Below, in pieces: positions 16,101 through 24,939 of a DNA stretch of 40,000 nucleotides (positions are counted from its first letter, which is position 1; each line of letters opens with the position of its first letter). Both the position numbers and the translations under genes were made by a program. The notes beneath the pieces are model-generated. The model had not been told where the DNA came from and made no database searches. It saw only the letters and a program-made list of their open reading frames with translations. Source of the DNA: Terriglobia bacterium (GTDB lineage: Bacteria; Acidobacteriota; Terriglobia; Bryobacterales; Bryobacteraceae); contig CAWJHX010000009.1 of assembly GCA_963842825.1 (NCBI GenBank), forward strand, positions 532,520-572,519. The letters are read 5' to 3'.

Positions 16101-16679
16101 CTATCCTTTTTTGCTCGGTTTAGAAGCCTTTCCGAGCAAAGAATTCCGGCGTCTCATTTCCGTTTCGTATTTTCGTCGGAGTGTTCTTGGCTTGAGCCCA
16201 ACCTCGGGAGCAAAACGCGAGTAAAGGTTTTTCAAGGATTCGGCTTCCTCTCCCTTCGCACGGTTTATCTTGTCCACAATTTCACCAATCTGCACGCTGC
16301 TCGCCAGCTTCTCCGACGGCCCACCCAATGGTTTTAGTGTATTTCTTGCTTTATCGAGGAGATGGCGAAATCCCGGCGCGATTGATCTAAAGATTAAACG
16401 CACCCTATCAAAATCTTCCGGCTTCGGCTCTTCCAAACTGAGCATTAAATTCTCAAATTTCTCACGAGTTTCGATTCGATCGAGATACCCTTCAAATGTC
16501 TTTCGGTTGTCGGCACCGGGTAACGACCTTCCGAAAACTGGCAGGAAAAGCGCACGGAACGCAGGAGATCGGAGCGCGGCTCGCACACGGACTACCACGT
16601 CTTCGTAGGTCTCCGACTGGGTCTCGGCAATGAGCCGATCAATTTCCTTCCAGATTTGTTGGAGAGTTTCGCGTGTCAC
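16101..16679 (-). CDS. Hypothetical protein upstream of and co-oriented with cas1 (casposon core)
   Basis: 192-aa ORF with a GTG start, charged and helical in character, with a basic C-terminus (RTLRRKYETEMRRRNSLLGKASKPSKKG). No family recognised. Confidence 0.5.
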   Translation of the reverse strand: MTRETLQQIWKEIDRLIAETQSETYEDVVVRVRAALRSPAFRALFLPVFGRSLPGADNRKTFEGYLDRIETREKFENLMLSLEEPKPEDFDRVRLIFRSIAPGFRHLLDKARNTLKPLGGPSEKLASSVQIGEIVDKINRAKGEEAESLKNLYSRFAPEVGLKPRTLRRKYETEMRRRNSLLGKASKPSKKG

Positions 16680-16825
16680 TGCGTGCTGCGACCCCTACTT
16701 GGATTGAACCCAGCGTACCAAAGAGCAAAACCGGCTGATGCCGGATGGCCAAGACACCCCCCATCTGGACCCGGCCCTTTTTTACCTCTACAACCCTGGT
16801 GTGACCTGTTGGCGAAAGGAAATTC

Positions 16826-17380
16826 ATGAAAAAGCAAAAACCAAAATCGAAATCGAATCAAAGAACAAAAAGAGATCTGATTCAAACGCGTACAGCATCC
16901 GCAAATAAACGACGCTCCGGCAAAAAGGCGCAGCTTCAGCAAAGTTTTCCCAAAGTGACCAGCGCGCTCTCAAAAATGCGAGCCGGTGCTTCGCTGCGAA
17001 AAGCCTCGCGAGAGTCCGGGGTGGCAGCCCGTACGGTGCTGAAACGAGCCGCTTCTGTCTTGCGCAAAAACAAGAGCGGGCGATACACCGCGAAGGCGGG
17101 CGATCGTCTGGTTCGGGTGCTCAAGATTCCAACACCCCAAGGTCCGGAGGAGATCAGTGTTCGCGGTCTGCGCGCCGCAAGTTTGCTGGGACGCTATTGG
17201 GCTGCCTTAGACAATTACTACGAAACGGGGGACATCTCAGCACTTAAGAAATTTGAGGGTGAGTCCGTTACTGCGGTCGATGGCACCAAGTACCCGTTGC
17301 TGACGGATCTCAATTTGCTTAATCGTCTAGGGTACGCGGGAGTGCTTTCGTTCGAATCCCTCTACGGGAGGAACGCGTAA
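16826..17380 (+). CDS. Basic HTH-containing hypothetical protein, first gene of the HNH-PolB operon
   Basis: Lys/Arg-rich N-terminus (MKKQKPKSKSNQRTKRD...). HTH-like LRKASRESGVAARTVLKRA. The TAA stop is followed immediately by the ATG of the next gene (taaATG at 17378-17383). Confidence 0.55.
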   Translation: MKKQKPKSKSNQRTKRDLIQTRTASANKRRSGKKAQLQQSFPKVTSALSKMRAGASLRKASRESGVAARTVLKRAASVLRKNKSGRYTAKAGDRLVRVLKIPTPQGPEEISVRGLRAASLLGRYWAALDNYYETGDISALKKFEGESVTAVDGTKYPLLTDLNLLNRLGYAGVLSFESLYGRNA

Positions 17381-17899
17381 ATGCCAAAGAAAATGCCCCA
17401 ACGAGATCCCATCAGTGCCTCCCAGCGAAAATCTGCCGCCGCTCGGCGTGTAGGGAAGAACGCACAGTGCACGCACTGCGGTGAAACGCGGCCTGAAGCC
17501 CTGATCGCGAATAGCAAACCACTCACATGCGCGGAATGCCAACGGAGGAGCCAAGGGAAATCGATCATAGATGATCACCACGTCGCCATGCGGGCAAACA
17601 ATCCGACGACGATGCCGGTTCCCGTGAACGATCACCGCGCCGAACTCAGCGCCGCCCAACATGATTGGCCCAAAAAGACGCGGGAGAATCCCGATGGCAG
17701 TCCGCTCATCGCCGCTGCCGGGTGTATTCGCGGATTCATGGACCAGCTTTTCTACTTGGTTGAAAAATTCTTGCACTGGACTGCTGGGATGCTTGAAGAC
17801 CTCGATTCTTACCTAATCGAAAAACTGGGGCCACAGTGGTGGTTACAGACTCCGCTGAAACAATTCGCGCCCCACGGAGGCTGCGATGCCAAATCCTAA
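17381..17899 (+). CDS. Zn-finger / HNH-like nuclease protein
   Basis: CTHCGE...(x19)...CAECQRR, followed by IIDDHHVAMRANNPTTMPVPVNDHRAEL (an H-N-H-like arrangement). It overlaps the PolB start by 14 nt. Confidence 0.5.
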   Translation: MPKKMPQRDPISASQRKSAAARRVGKNAQCTHCGETRPEALIANSKPLTCAECQRRSQGKSIIDDHHVAMRANNPTTMPVPVNDHRAELSAAQHDWPKKTRENPDGSPLIAAAGCIRGFMDQLFYLVEKFLHWTAGMLEDLDSYLIEKLGPQWWLQTPLKQFAPHGGCDAKS

Positions 17900-20800
17900 G
17901 CCAACTCCGTTGACGCTTGCCCTTCGGGTCTATCCCGAGCCCACGAACGCCAAGCGGGAACCGGCATCGCCCAAGCCATGGAAGTGCCCAAAGGCGATGC
18001 TCGTTTTTGACACCGAGACGCGGACCGACGCGACGCAACGCTTGACCTTTGGAAGCTACCGCTATTTTCATGAAGGCCGGTGCCTCGAAGAGGGCTTGTT
18101 CTACGCTGACGATTTGCCGGAAAAAGACCGTCGAGTTCTCGAAGAATACGTCGCAACGCACAGGCCTGAGACGGCTGGTGACGGCGTGCGGAATCTGAAG
18201 TTTCTTTCGCGCAGCCAGTTCGTTGACAAGTTCTATAGCTCCGTCTATAAGGGCCGTTGTCTTCTGGTTGGCTTCAATCTTCCCTTTGATCTCTCGCGCA
18301 TCGCCTGCGACTTCACAACCGCGCGCGGTCGCTTCGCGGGTGGTTTCTCCCTCGGCTTTTGGCTGTGGACGGATAAGACGGGCCGCGAGCGGGGGGATCA
18401 TTTCAGGCCCAGAATTGGGATCAAGCACATTGACAGCAAGCGCGCGCTGAAAGGTTTCACTGCGCGGAACGGCCCTGATCAAACGGACTTGATTCCAGAA
18501 GATTGCGAGACCGGGAGCCCCCAGAAGGGCTATAAGTTTCGGGGGCACTTCTTGGATCTGCGCACGCTGGCATTTGCGCTGACGGATAAGGGCTATTCTC
18601 TTGAGGCGGCTTGCGAAGCCTTCGGAGTGGAGCACGGAAAGCAGAAAGTCGCCAAGCATGGCGAGGTCACGGAAGAATACATCGACTACAATAGGCGCGA
18701 CGTTTTGGCCACTTCCGAACTCGCGGTGAAGCTCCTTGAAGAATACGACAAGCATCCAATCACGCTTCAGGCGACGAAGGCATATTCCCCGGCCTCCATC
18801 GGCAAGGCCTACTTGCGGGCGATGGGAATCGTGCCAATCCTGGAACGGCAACCGGGCTTCCCGAAGGAGTATCTCGGATACGCGCAGTCGGCCTTCTTTG
18901 GCGGACGAACGAGCGCACATATTCGAAAGCTTGCGGTCCCTGTTGTTTACACGGATTTTCTTTCGATGTATCCCACGGTAAACAGTCTCATGGATCTATG
19001 GCGCTTCGTTACTGCGCGTGAGATTCGGATCGTGAAGAACTGCAAGCGGGAGACCGAAGCATTCCTGGGCCGCGTGACCGTCGACGATCTTTTCAAGCCC
19101 GCCACGTGGAAATACCTGCCCGCGTTCGTCCGCATAATCCCGGACGGCGACATCCTGCCGACGCGCGCGAAATACAGCACCGTGAGCAACGATTGGCAGG
19201 TGGCCGTGAATCATGTGTATGCCGACAAGGACAGTTCGATCAATCAGGAACTGTGGTTTTCGCTTCCGGATATTGTTGCTTCGGTAATTCTGACGGGGCA
19301 AGTTCCCAAGATCGTGGATGCGTTCCGGATTGAGCCGAAAGGTAAAATGCAGGGGCTTACTCCAACCAAGCTGCGCGGATCGATTGAGATTGATCCAACG
19401 CGTCAAGACTTCTTCAAAGTGGCGATTGAAGAACGGAAACGCCTGCATTCGCACGCCGATCTTCCCGAAGCCGAAAAGAAGCGGCTCGACAAGGCCCTCA
19501 AGGTGCTGGCGAATGCCGCAAGCTACGGCATTTACGCCGAAATGAATCCTCAGGAGACGGATGAAAAGACGCAGGTAACGTGCCACGGCGTCGACTGCGA
19601 ACCGTTCACGTGCCGTGTTGCCCATCCCGACGTGCCGGGCGAATATTGCTTTCCGCCGCTTGCATCCTTAATAACAGGGGCAGCGCGTCTCATGTTGGCG
19701 CTGTTGGAACATTGCGTCTCGGCTTTGAATGGCACATACGCGATGGAGGACACCGATTCCATGGCGATTGTCGCGACCAAACGCGGCGGATTGGTGCCCT
19801 GTCCGGGAGGGTCCTTCAAGACCAAAGACGGTCGACCGGCGGTGAAAGCGCTCTCCTGGAAGCAGGTTGAAGAAATCTCGGAACGATTCGCGGCGCTGAA
19901 CCCGTACAATCGCGAAGCGGTGCCAGGATCAGTTCTCAAGATCGAAGAGGATAATTTTGATGCAAAAACAGGTCATCAGCGACAGCTCTCCTGCTTTGCA
20001 ATCTCGGCGAAGCGTTACACGCTATTCACGCTCGACAAGAGTGGTGAGCCCGTGATGCTGCGAAAGGAAGCCAACAACAAAAGTGACCGCTGGTCTCAGC
20101 ATGGCCTCGGGCATCTTTTGAATCCAACTGACACAAGCAGCGCGGATCGGGATTGGATCGGGCAAGTGTGGCTGAACATGTTGCGCAGATCTTATCGTCT
20201 GCCCGTTCAAAAGCTCAGTTTCGAAAAGTTACCCGCTGTTGGCCGCGTCAGTGTGGGCAGTCCCGCCACAATGCGCTCTTTTTCGAGTTTCAACGCTGGG
20301 AAGGCGTATTCCCAGCAAATTAAGCCCTTCAACTTTGTTCTGACTTGCCAAGTAAAGCAGCTTGGACATCCCAACGGCGTCGATCCAGAACATTTTCATC
20401 TGATCGCGCCGTCCGATGGCGAACCCGGCCGGTGGATCGAGACGGATTGGATCGACCAATATACCGGCAACCTATACAGGATCACAACCCAGGGTCACTA
20501 CGGAAGCCAAGATGCTGCGCGTGTAAAAACGTACGGCGAGATTCTGCGCGAATACGAATTTCATCCGGAGGCAAAGTGCGCCGACCAAGACGGAAATGCC
20601 TGCGAAAGGCGTGCGACTGGTTTGCTTCAACGAAGGCACGTCATAATTGACGGCATACGATTCATTGGAAAAGAATCGAATGCTCTGGAAGACGTTGAGG
20701 CCGGGCTGGTTCACTCCGCAGAAAGTGCCTACACCGAATACTGCGATCCGAAATACGACGAATGGACTACGAAAATCGCACCTGCATTGAAGAAAGCTCC

Positions 20801-20951
20801 GCTCTCGGTGCTGATCAAGCAAACGGGTCTTTCGCGCCGGGCGTTGATCAGTCTGCGCGTGGGTGACAGCAGGCCGCGCCGGAAGAACTGGGAACTAATC
20901 GCCGAAATACTCCGAAAACTTGGCGCTATCGGAAATTCGCGGCAGTCCTGA
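17886..20951 (+). CDS. polB: Family B DNA polymerase with 3'-5' exonuclease domain (casposon PolB)
   Basis: ExoI is LVFDTETRTD (FDTET at 18006-18020). ExoII is GFNLPFDLSRI and ExoIII is YIDYNRRDVLAT. Pol motif A is DFLSMYPT (18954-18977), motif B is KVLANAASYGIYAE (19500-19541) and motif C is YAMEDTDSMAIV (19737-19772). The protein is 1021 aa. Confidence 0.9.
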   Translation: MPNPKPTPLTLALRVYPEPTNAKREPASPKPWKCPKAMLVFDTETRTDATQRLTFGSYRYFHEGRCLEEGLFYADDLPEKDRRVLEEYVATHRPETAGDGVRNLKFLSRSQFVDKFYSSVYKGRCLLVGFNLPFDLSRIACDFTTARGRFAGGFSLGFWLWTDKTGRERGDHFRPRIGIKHIDSKRALKGFTARNGPDQTDLIPEDCETGSPQKGYKFRGHFLDLRTLAFALTDKGYSLEAACEAFGVEHGKQKVAKHGEVTEEYIDYNRRDVLATSELAVKLLEEYDKHPITLQATKAYSPASIGKAYLRAMGIVPILERQPGFPKEYLGYAQSAFFGGRTSAHIRKLAVPVVYTDFLSMYPTVNSLMDLWRFVTAREIRIVKNCKRETEAFLGRVTVDDLFKPATWKYLPAFVRIIPDGDILPTRAKYSTVSNDWQVAVNHVYADKDSSINQELWFSLPDIVASVILTGQVPKIVDAFRIEPKGKMQGLTPTKLRGSIEIDPTRQDFFKVAIEERKRLHSHADLPEAEKKRLDKALKVLANAASYGIYAEMNPQETDEKTQVTCHGVDCEPFTCRVAHPDVPGEYCFPPLASLITGAARLMLALLEHCVSALNGTYAMEDTDSMAIVATKRGGLVPCPGGSFKTKDGRPAVKALSWKQVEEISERFAALNPYNREAVPGSVLKIEEDNFDAKTGHQRQLSCFAISAKRYTLFTLDKSGEPVMLRKEANNKSDRWSQHGLGHLLNPTDTSSADRDWIGQVWLNMLRRSYRLPVQKLSFEKLPAVGRVSVGSPATMRSFSSFNAGKAYSQQIKPFNFVLTCQVKQLGHPNGVDPEHFHLIAPSDGEPGRWIETDWIDQYTGNLYRITTQGHYGSQDAARVKTYGEILREYEFHPEAKCADQDGNACERRATGLLQRRHVIIDGIRFIGKESNALEDVEAGLVHSAESAYTEYCDPKYDEWTTKIAPALKKAPLSVLIKQTGLSRRALISLRVGDSRPRRKNWELIAEILRKLGAIGNSRQS

Positions 20952-21365
20952 GCCGCGCGGAGACGCCGAAAGCTTTCCACCGTGACATAACGGCGGATTC
21001 TCGGCGGAAACATCGGACGGCCCTGGGTATATGCTGGTCGGAAGAACGTGCTTCGGCTGGGACTAATCCGCTGGCTTCTCCTCTACCTCCTCGCAGCGGC
21101 CGGGTCTGTTCGCCTGCTGGCCGGGAGACGGGTCTGGGATTTCAAGACGAACAGGGAGGTGGTGTCGTGGCAGCTCAGATTTATAACTTACTCGACCACG
21201 CTCGATGGGGACGGTTTCAATCGGGACAGAAAACCCATCCCGTGCGCGATCTCGCCGGACGGTGAATACGTTGTTGAGGGTGGCGACGGAAAGTATGTTA
21301 TCGTCTACGACCGAACGAGGTCGCGACGAGAGGAGATTTCGAGGTTCTGCGCGAAAGCGGCGGAC

Positions 21366-21563
21366 CTATCTCTTTGTGCTTCGCTTCTTCCCGCGCTTCG
21401 CTTCCGCAAGAGCGGCCGCAATCGGGCCACGGTCTCTCTTCGGGGTCTTCGGGTCGCGCAGGTCTTTGCCAGCCTGCGAGGCAACTTTCTTGGAAGTCGG
21501 CATGCCCTCATTATACACCCAATAAATCATTTCCATACGTTCCTGTTTGTACTTCAGGCCCAT
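21366..21563 (-). CDS. Small basic hypothetical protein (65 aa)
   Basis: MGLKYKQERMEMIYWVYNEGMPTSKKVASQAGKDLRDPKTPKRDRGPIAAALAEAKRGKKRSTKR. The codon pattern looks more coding-like than the Arg/Leu/Ser-rich antisense half of ORF 21048..21602. There is no obvious RBS. Confidence 0.3.
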   Translation of the reverse strand: MGLKYKQERMEMIYWVYNEGMPTSKKVASQAGKDLRDPKTPKRDRGPIAAALAEAKRGKKRSTKR

Positions 21564-21610
21564 AAGGGACGTTATGTTGCTCTAAACTTGGAAAGGAGGT
21601 AGTCTCCTTT

Positions 21611-22327
21611 TTGATGAACAACCTCCCGAACAGCCCACCGGCCGGAGACACCTGCTACGCATGTGAGCGACGGGCCACCACGAGGGAACACGCGCCACCA
21701 AAAAGCTTTTTCCCGATGGAAAAACGCAAGAATTTAATTGTCGTTCCATCCTGCTCGGTCCACAATTGCGATAACTCTCCGGATGTCGAATACGTTCGAA
21801 ACGCAATCGCGTTTCTCGCGGGCCTAAACGGAACTGGCGAATTATTGATCGACACCGCAAAGCGATCGTTCGATCACAGTCCCGCCCTGTTTAAGCGGAC
21901 GTTTCAATCCTTCGTTGTCCATTCCCAAGAAGAACAAGTGGGCACATACAAGGCCGACCTACCACGGGTTAGAACAGTAATGACAGCGGTGGCCCAGGCG
22001 CTCCATTATCGAGATCAGCATCAAAAGTGGGGCCGTTGGCACGTGTTCGTACCGAGCCTCGGGTCAGAGGCATCGTTAATTCACAAACGCTCTGATGGCT
22101 GGGAAGCGTTCAGGGACTTATTAAGCCGCATCCCCTATGTAGATCAGCCCACGGCTGAACCGGAAGTCTTCAGATACGGAAGCCACGCACTTGATTGGGG
22201 CTGGATATATCAGTTCACCTTCTACGGCGGCTTCGTCGTCAATGCGTGGATGCTTCGCGAAGACGCTGATGACCCATATGCCACAGCAACCGAAACGAGA
22301 CACCCAGAGCGCGCGCCAAACCAATGA
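21611..22327 (+). CDS. HNH (beta-beta-alpha-Me)-like N-terminal domain protein (casposon cargo)
   Basis: CYACERRATTREHAPPKSFF...NLIVVPSCSVHN fits a CxxC...EH...N...CxxHN HNH-type finger. AAAGGAGG RBS at 21592-21599. The start is the TTG at 21611 or the ATG at 21614. The C-terminal ~170 aa are unassigned. Confidence 0.45.
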   Translation: MMNNLPNSPPAGDTCYACERRATTREHAPPKSFFPMEKRKNLIVVPSCSVHNCDNSPDVEYVRNAIAFLAGLNGTGELLIDTAKRSFDHSPALFKRTFQSFVVHSQEEQVGTYKADLPRVRTVMTAVAQALHYRDQHQKWGRWHVFVPSLGSEASLIHKRSDGWEAFRDLLSRIPYVDQPTAEPEVFRYGSHALDWGWIYQFTFYGGFVVNAWMLREDADDPYATATETRHPERAPNQ

Positions 22328-22523
22328 ACGAGGTGTCATTCACCCGAGGGCACGGTGACCCCGAGCTTCCGGCACTCATACAGCCGCTTTTCATGCGATC
22401 CATTTCGCACTAGACATTTGCAACATGCGAGACCCTTTGTTTTCGGGCCTTCGGCGAACGTTGCAAAACTTACCCTTTGCGAAACATGACACGGCCAAGC
22501 CCTTCCCGAGGAATGGTGATTCC

Positions 22524-24620
22524 TCACCTATTCTCATTAGGGGTCAACACCCGGATTCGATTGTGGTCGGTCAAGTAAACTACGCCACGAGCGTCTACCG
22601 CTACACTGTTTGGAAAAATCGGTGCCTTGAGCGCGGGCCCACCGTCCCCAGAGAATCCTGTTTCATGATTTCCGGCTATGGTGTGAATGATTCCATCTCG
22701 CGTTATTTTGCGTATACGCCAATTGGCGCGATCTGCGATGTAGACATTCCCTTGGGTGTCGATAGCCAGCGAATCTGGATCGCCCAATCCAGCCTTGACA
22801 GCGGGCCCATCATCTCCACTAAATTCCTGCTTACCGATACCAGCTACGGTGCGAACAATACCATCTCGATCCAGCCTCCGAATGCGGTGGTTGAAGGTGT
22901 CCGCTACGTAAAGGAGGCCCTCACGGTCTATGGCCACACCGTGTGGGAAATCCAACCTGATAGAACGAGCCGGTCCGTCTCCGCTAGGACCCTTCTCACC
23001 GTTTCCGATTATCGTGCGTATGATTCCTTGCGGATCGATCTGGCGAACACGATTGTTCTCCCGATCCGCAAAATATACATCGCCCTGGGCATCAACAGCC
23101 AACCCCATAGGATTCGCTAGCTCTGCCGTCAACGCTGGTCCGTTATCCCCCGCAAATCCCTTCTTGCCAGTCCCGGCGATTGTTTGAATGCGACCGTCAG
23201 CCGATACCTTCCGGATTCGATTGTTCAAGGAATCGGAAATGTAGACGTTCCCTCGGAGATCTGCTGCGACCCCACTGGGATTGTCGATGTTGGCCTCAAC
23301 AGCCGGTCCTCCGTCTCCACTGAACTGCGGGGGTGGACCAGTCCCCTCCATTCTGATTGTCGGGATGCCCTTGCCCGCGATTCTGGAAAAGCGCCCATCG
23401 CGAGTGATGCGCACGATACGATTCCTCCCCGTGTCGGCGATCAAGATGTCCCCCGATGGACCGACGGCGACGCTCCAAGGATTCAACAGTCGCGCCAACT
23501 CGGCGGGACCGCCTTCTTTTTCCTCGGGCAAGGCGCTCAAACCGGCGACCACAGTTACCGCGCCGCCGGGTGCCATTCGCAGCACACGGTGACCGAGGGT
23601 ATCAGCCACGTAGATTGTGCCCTTTTCGTCGACGACAACATCGGCTGGGGAATGGAGGCCCGTTTTGAGCGGGTCGCCGTCTTCCACAATTGGACCGTTC
23701 TTTGCACCCAGAAGCGTGGTGATGATTCCATTTCCGTCAACCTGCCTAATGTTCCCGGCGGCAATAAGTAGATTGCCCTGTGGATTAAAGGCGACCGCCA
23801 TCGGGTAGAAAACGACAGCAGCTAACGCGGAGCCACCGTCGCCGGTTGACGGCGCACCTCGATTTACACCTTCGCCTGCGATGGTCGTTACTGTCCGCGA
23901 TGGGTCAATTCTGGCGGTCCGCGCATGGTTTCGATCTGCAATGTAAATGGCTCCATCCGGACCCAAAGCGATACCTCGGGGACTCGCCAAAGGGCTTACC
24001 GGATTGCGCGGTCCCACTCCTGGTTGTCCCACGACGCTCGTGATAACTCCGTCGGTGTTTATCTTGCGAACGGTATTGTTCATGCTCTCCGTGAAGTAGA
24101 GAACATCCGAGCGGTCGATGGCAATGCCATTCGGCCAGGAAAGCTTTGCCTTTGCTGCTGGCCCGCCATCGCCATCATAGCCGTGCTCTCCCGTTCCGGC
24201 GAACGTCGAAATGATTCCGTCCGGAGTGACGCGACGAACGCGGTGGTTCATGGTATCGGCAATATACAAGTTACCGTGTGAATCGAGCGCGATACCTCTT
24301 GGGAACAATAGCTGCGCCTGGATTGCAGGCCCTCCGTCCCCTCCGTATCCCTGCGCACCGTTGCCCGCGATAGTTCTGATTCGCCCCGACGCGTCAACGA
24401 CCCGCACGACCTGGTTCCCGGTATCGGCGATGTACAGGTCTCCATCGCGACGGAGCGCCAGCCCTCCAGGCTTGTTTAGCCTGGCTTGGGTCGCTGGACC
24501 ACCATCGCCGGTGTAGCCATCGAGTGTCGATCCTGCGCCAGTGAGCGTAGTGATTGTGTACGTACCTTGACCCAGGAGCGCGGAGGCAAACACAACCAGC
24601 CATAATGGTCTAAGGCTCAT
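22524..24620 (-). CDS. Secreted NHL-repeat protein (GDGGPA-motif repeats, probably two six-bladed propellers); casposon cargo next to TIR-R
   Basis: Start placed at the ATG at 24620 (MSLRPLWLVVFASALLGQG signal peptide). The track ORF start at 24722 lies inside the TIR. There are more than 10 repeats of the pattern GDGGPAxxAxLxxPxGxAxDxxGNLYIADxxNxRIRxV. Confidence 0.8.
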   Translation of the reverse strand: MSLRPLWLVVFASALLGQGTYTITTLTGAGSTLDGYTGDGGPATQARLNKPGGLALRRDGDLYIADTGNQVVRVVDASGRIRTIAGNGAQGYGGDGGPAIQAQLLFPRGIALDSHGNLYIADTMNHRVRRVTPDGIISTFAGTGEHGYDGDGGPAAKAKLSWPNGIAIDRSDVLYFTESMNNTVRKINTDGVITSVVGQPGVGPRNPVSPLASPRGIALGPDGAIYIADRNHARTARIDPSRTVTTIAGEGVNRGAPSTGDGGSALAAVVFYPMAVAFNPQGNLLIAAGNIRQVDGNGIITTLLGAKNGPIVEDGDPLKTGLHSPADVVVDEKGTIYVADTLGHRVLRMAPGGAVTVVAGLSALPEEKEGGPAELARLLNPWSVAVGPSGDILIADTGRNRIVRITRDGRFSRIAGKGIPTIRMEGTGPPPQFSGDGGPAVEANIDNPSGVAADLRGNVYISDSLNNRIRKVSADGRIQTIAGTGKKGFAGDNGPALTAELANPMGLAVDAQGDVYFADRENNRVRQIDPQGIIRTIIGNGEKGPSGDGPARSIRLDFPHGVAIDREGLLYVADTFNHRIRRLDRDGIVRTVAGIGKQEFSGDDGPAVKAGLGDPDSLAIDTQGNVYIADRANWRIRKITRDGIIHTIAGNHETGFSGDGGPALKAPIFPNSVAVDARGVVYLTDHNRIRVLTPNENR

Positions 24621-24706
24621 CGAACACCAGCCCCCTTTGGGAACATCTTTCTGCCCTATTCTACTTTGCCGGACACACGGGTGGGTCCGACGACTAAAGA
24701 GTGTGG

Positions 24707-24742
24707 GGGGGTGCGGTTTCAAACCCCTCTATCTCCTAACCC
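24707..24742 (-). repeat. Right terminal inverted repeat (TIR-R) of the casposon
   Basis: The reverse complement matches TIR-L at 35/36 positions (see 7764..7799). Confidence 0.9.
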
Positions 24743-24756
24743 GTCAATGCGGTCGG
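24743..24756. repeat. Right copy of the 14-bp direct repeat GTCAATGCGGTCGG (putative TSD)
   Basis: Identical to 7750..7763, and it abuts TIR-R. Confidence 0.85.
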
Positions 24757-24939
24757 CGACGGCGCCGGGAGAGCTCAGAAGAAGGTTACAGTGCCAGCCG
24801 TGACCTCAATTTTGGGATTGGCGCCCACCATTCCGAACGGCGCGAGGACACACAAGATGCGCGGGTGTATACTCTTCCTGTTGTCCACTCTAACGGCTAT
24901 GCGCGCAGTCCTCTGCGACGCCGATAAGGAGCTTTTTCC

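Larger units (their letters stand above)
7764..24742. mobile_element. Casposon-like self-synthesizing transposon (Cas1 casposase + family B DNA polymerase + HNH + HTH genes, cargo genes, nested IS)
   Basis: 36-bp TIRs and a perfect 14-bp flanking direct repeat. The interior encodes a solo Cas1 (14384..16000) and a PolB (17886..20951) with no Cas2 or CRISPR array. There is no tyrosine or serine recombinase inside. The interior is visibly less GC-rich than the flanks (by eye, not computed). Confidence 0.8.

Noticed and set aside
17736-18920. Long antisense ORFs opposite well-supported genes: 1794..2351(+), 5566..6138(+), 6341..7087(+), 7100..7636(+), 17736..18920(-), 18996..19625(-), 22425..23120(+), 23184..23771(+), 25081..25740(-), 28294..28935(+), 29760..30758(-), 35227..35793(-), 37956..38612(-).
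   Set aside because: These are typical high-GC shadow ORFs. They are Arg/Gly/Pro/Ala-rich with no motifs, and each lies fully inside a gene on the other strand that has clear family signatures.
21048-21602. Plus-strand 184-aa ORF after polB. Its first ~95 aa look protein-like: a hydrophobic N-terminus, then a WDFKTNREVVSW...ISPDGEYVVEGGDGKYVIVYD propeller-blade-like segment.
   Set aside because: The second half is Arg/Leu/Ser-rich and antisense to a better-looking 65-aa ORF (21366..21563). At best it is a truncated or degenerate gene fragment, and I cannot decide without homology searches.
22336-22527. 63-aa minus-strand ORF with several Cys residues (..ACCKCLVRNGSHEKRLYEC..) between the HNH-like gene and the NHL gene.
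   Set aside because: No clear zinc-finger spacing, no RBS and low-complexity ends. It is left unannotated.
7764-24742. Searched around cas1 and across the whole island for a CRISPR array (regularly spaced 25-40 bp direct repeats) and for cas2 or other cas genes.
   Set aside because: No regularly spaced repeats and no Cas2-like small ORF were seen. Cas1 is therefore interpreted as a casposase, not as part of a CRISPR-Cas adaptation module.
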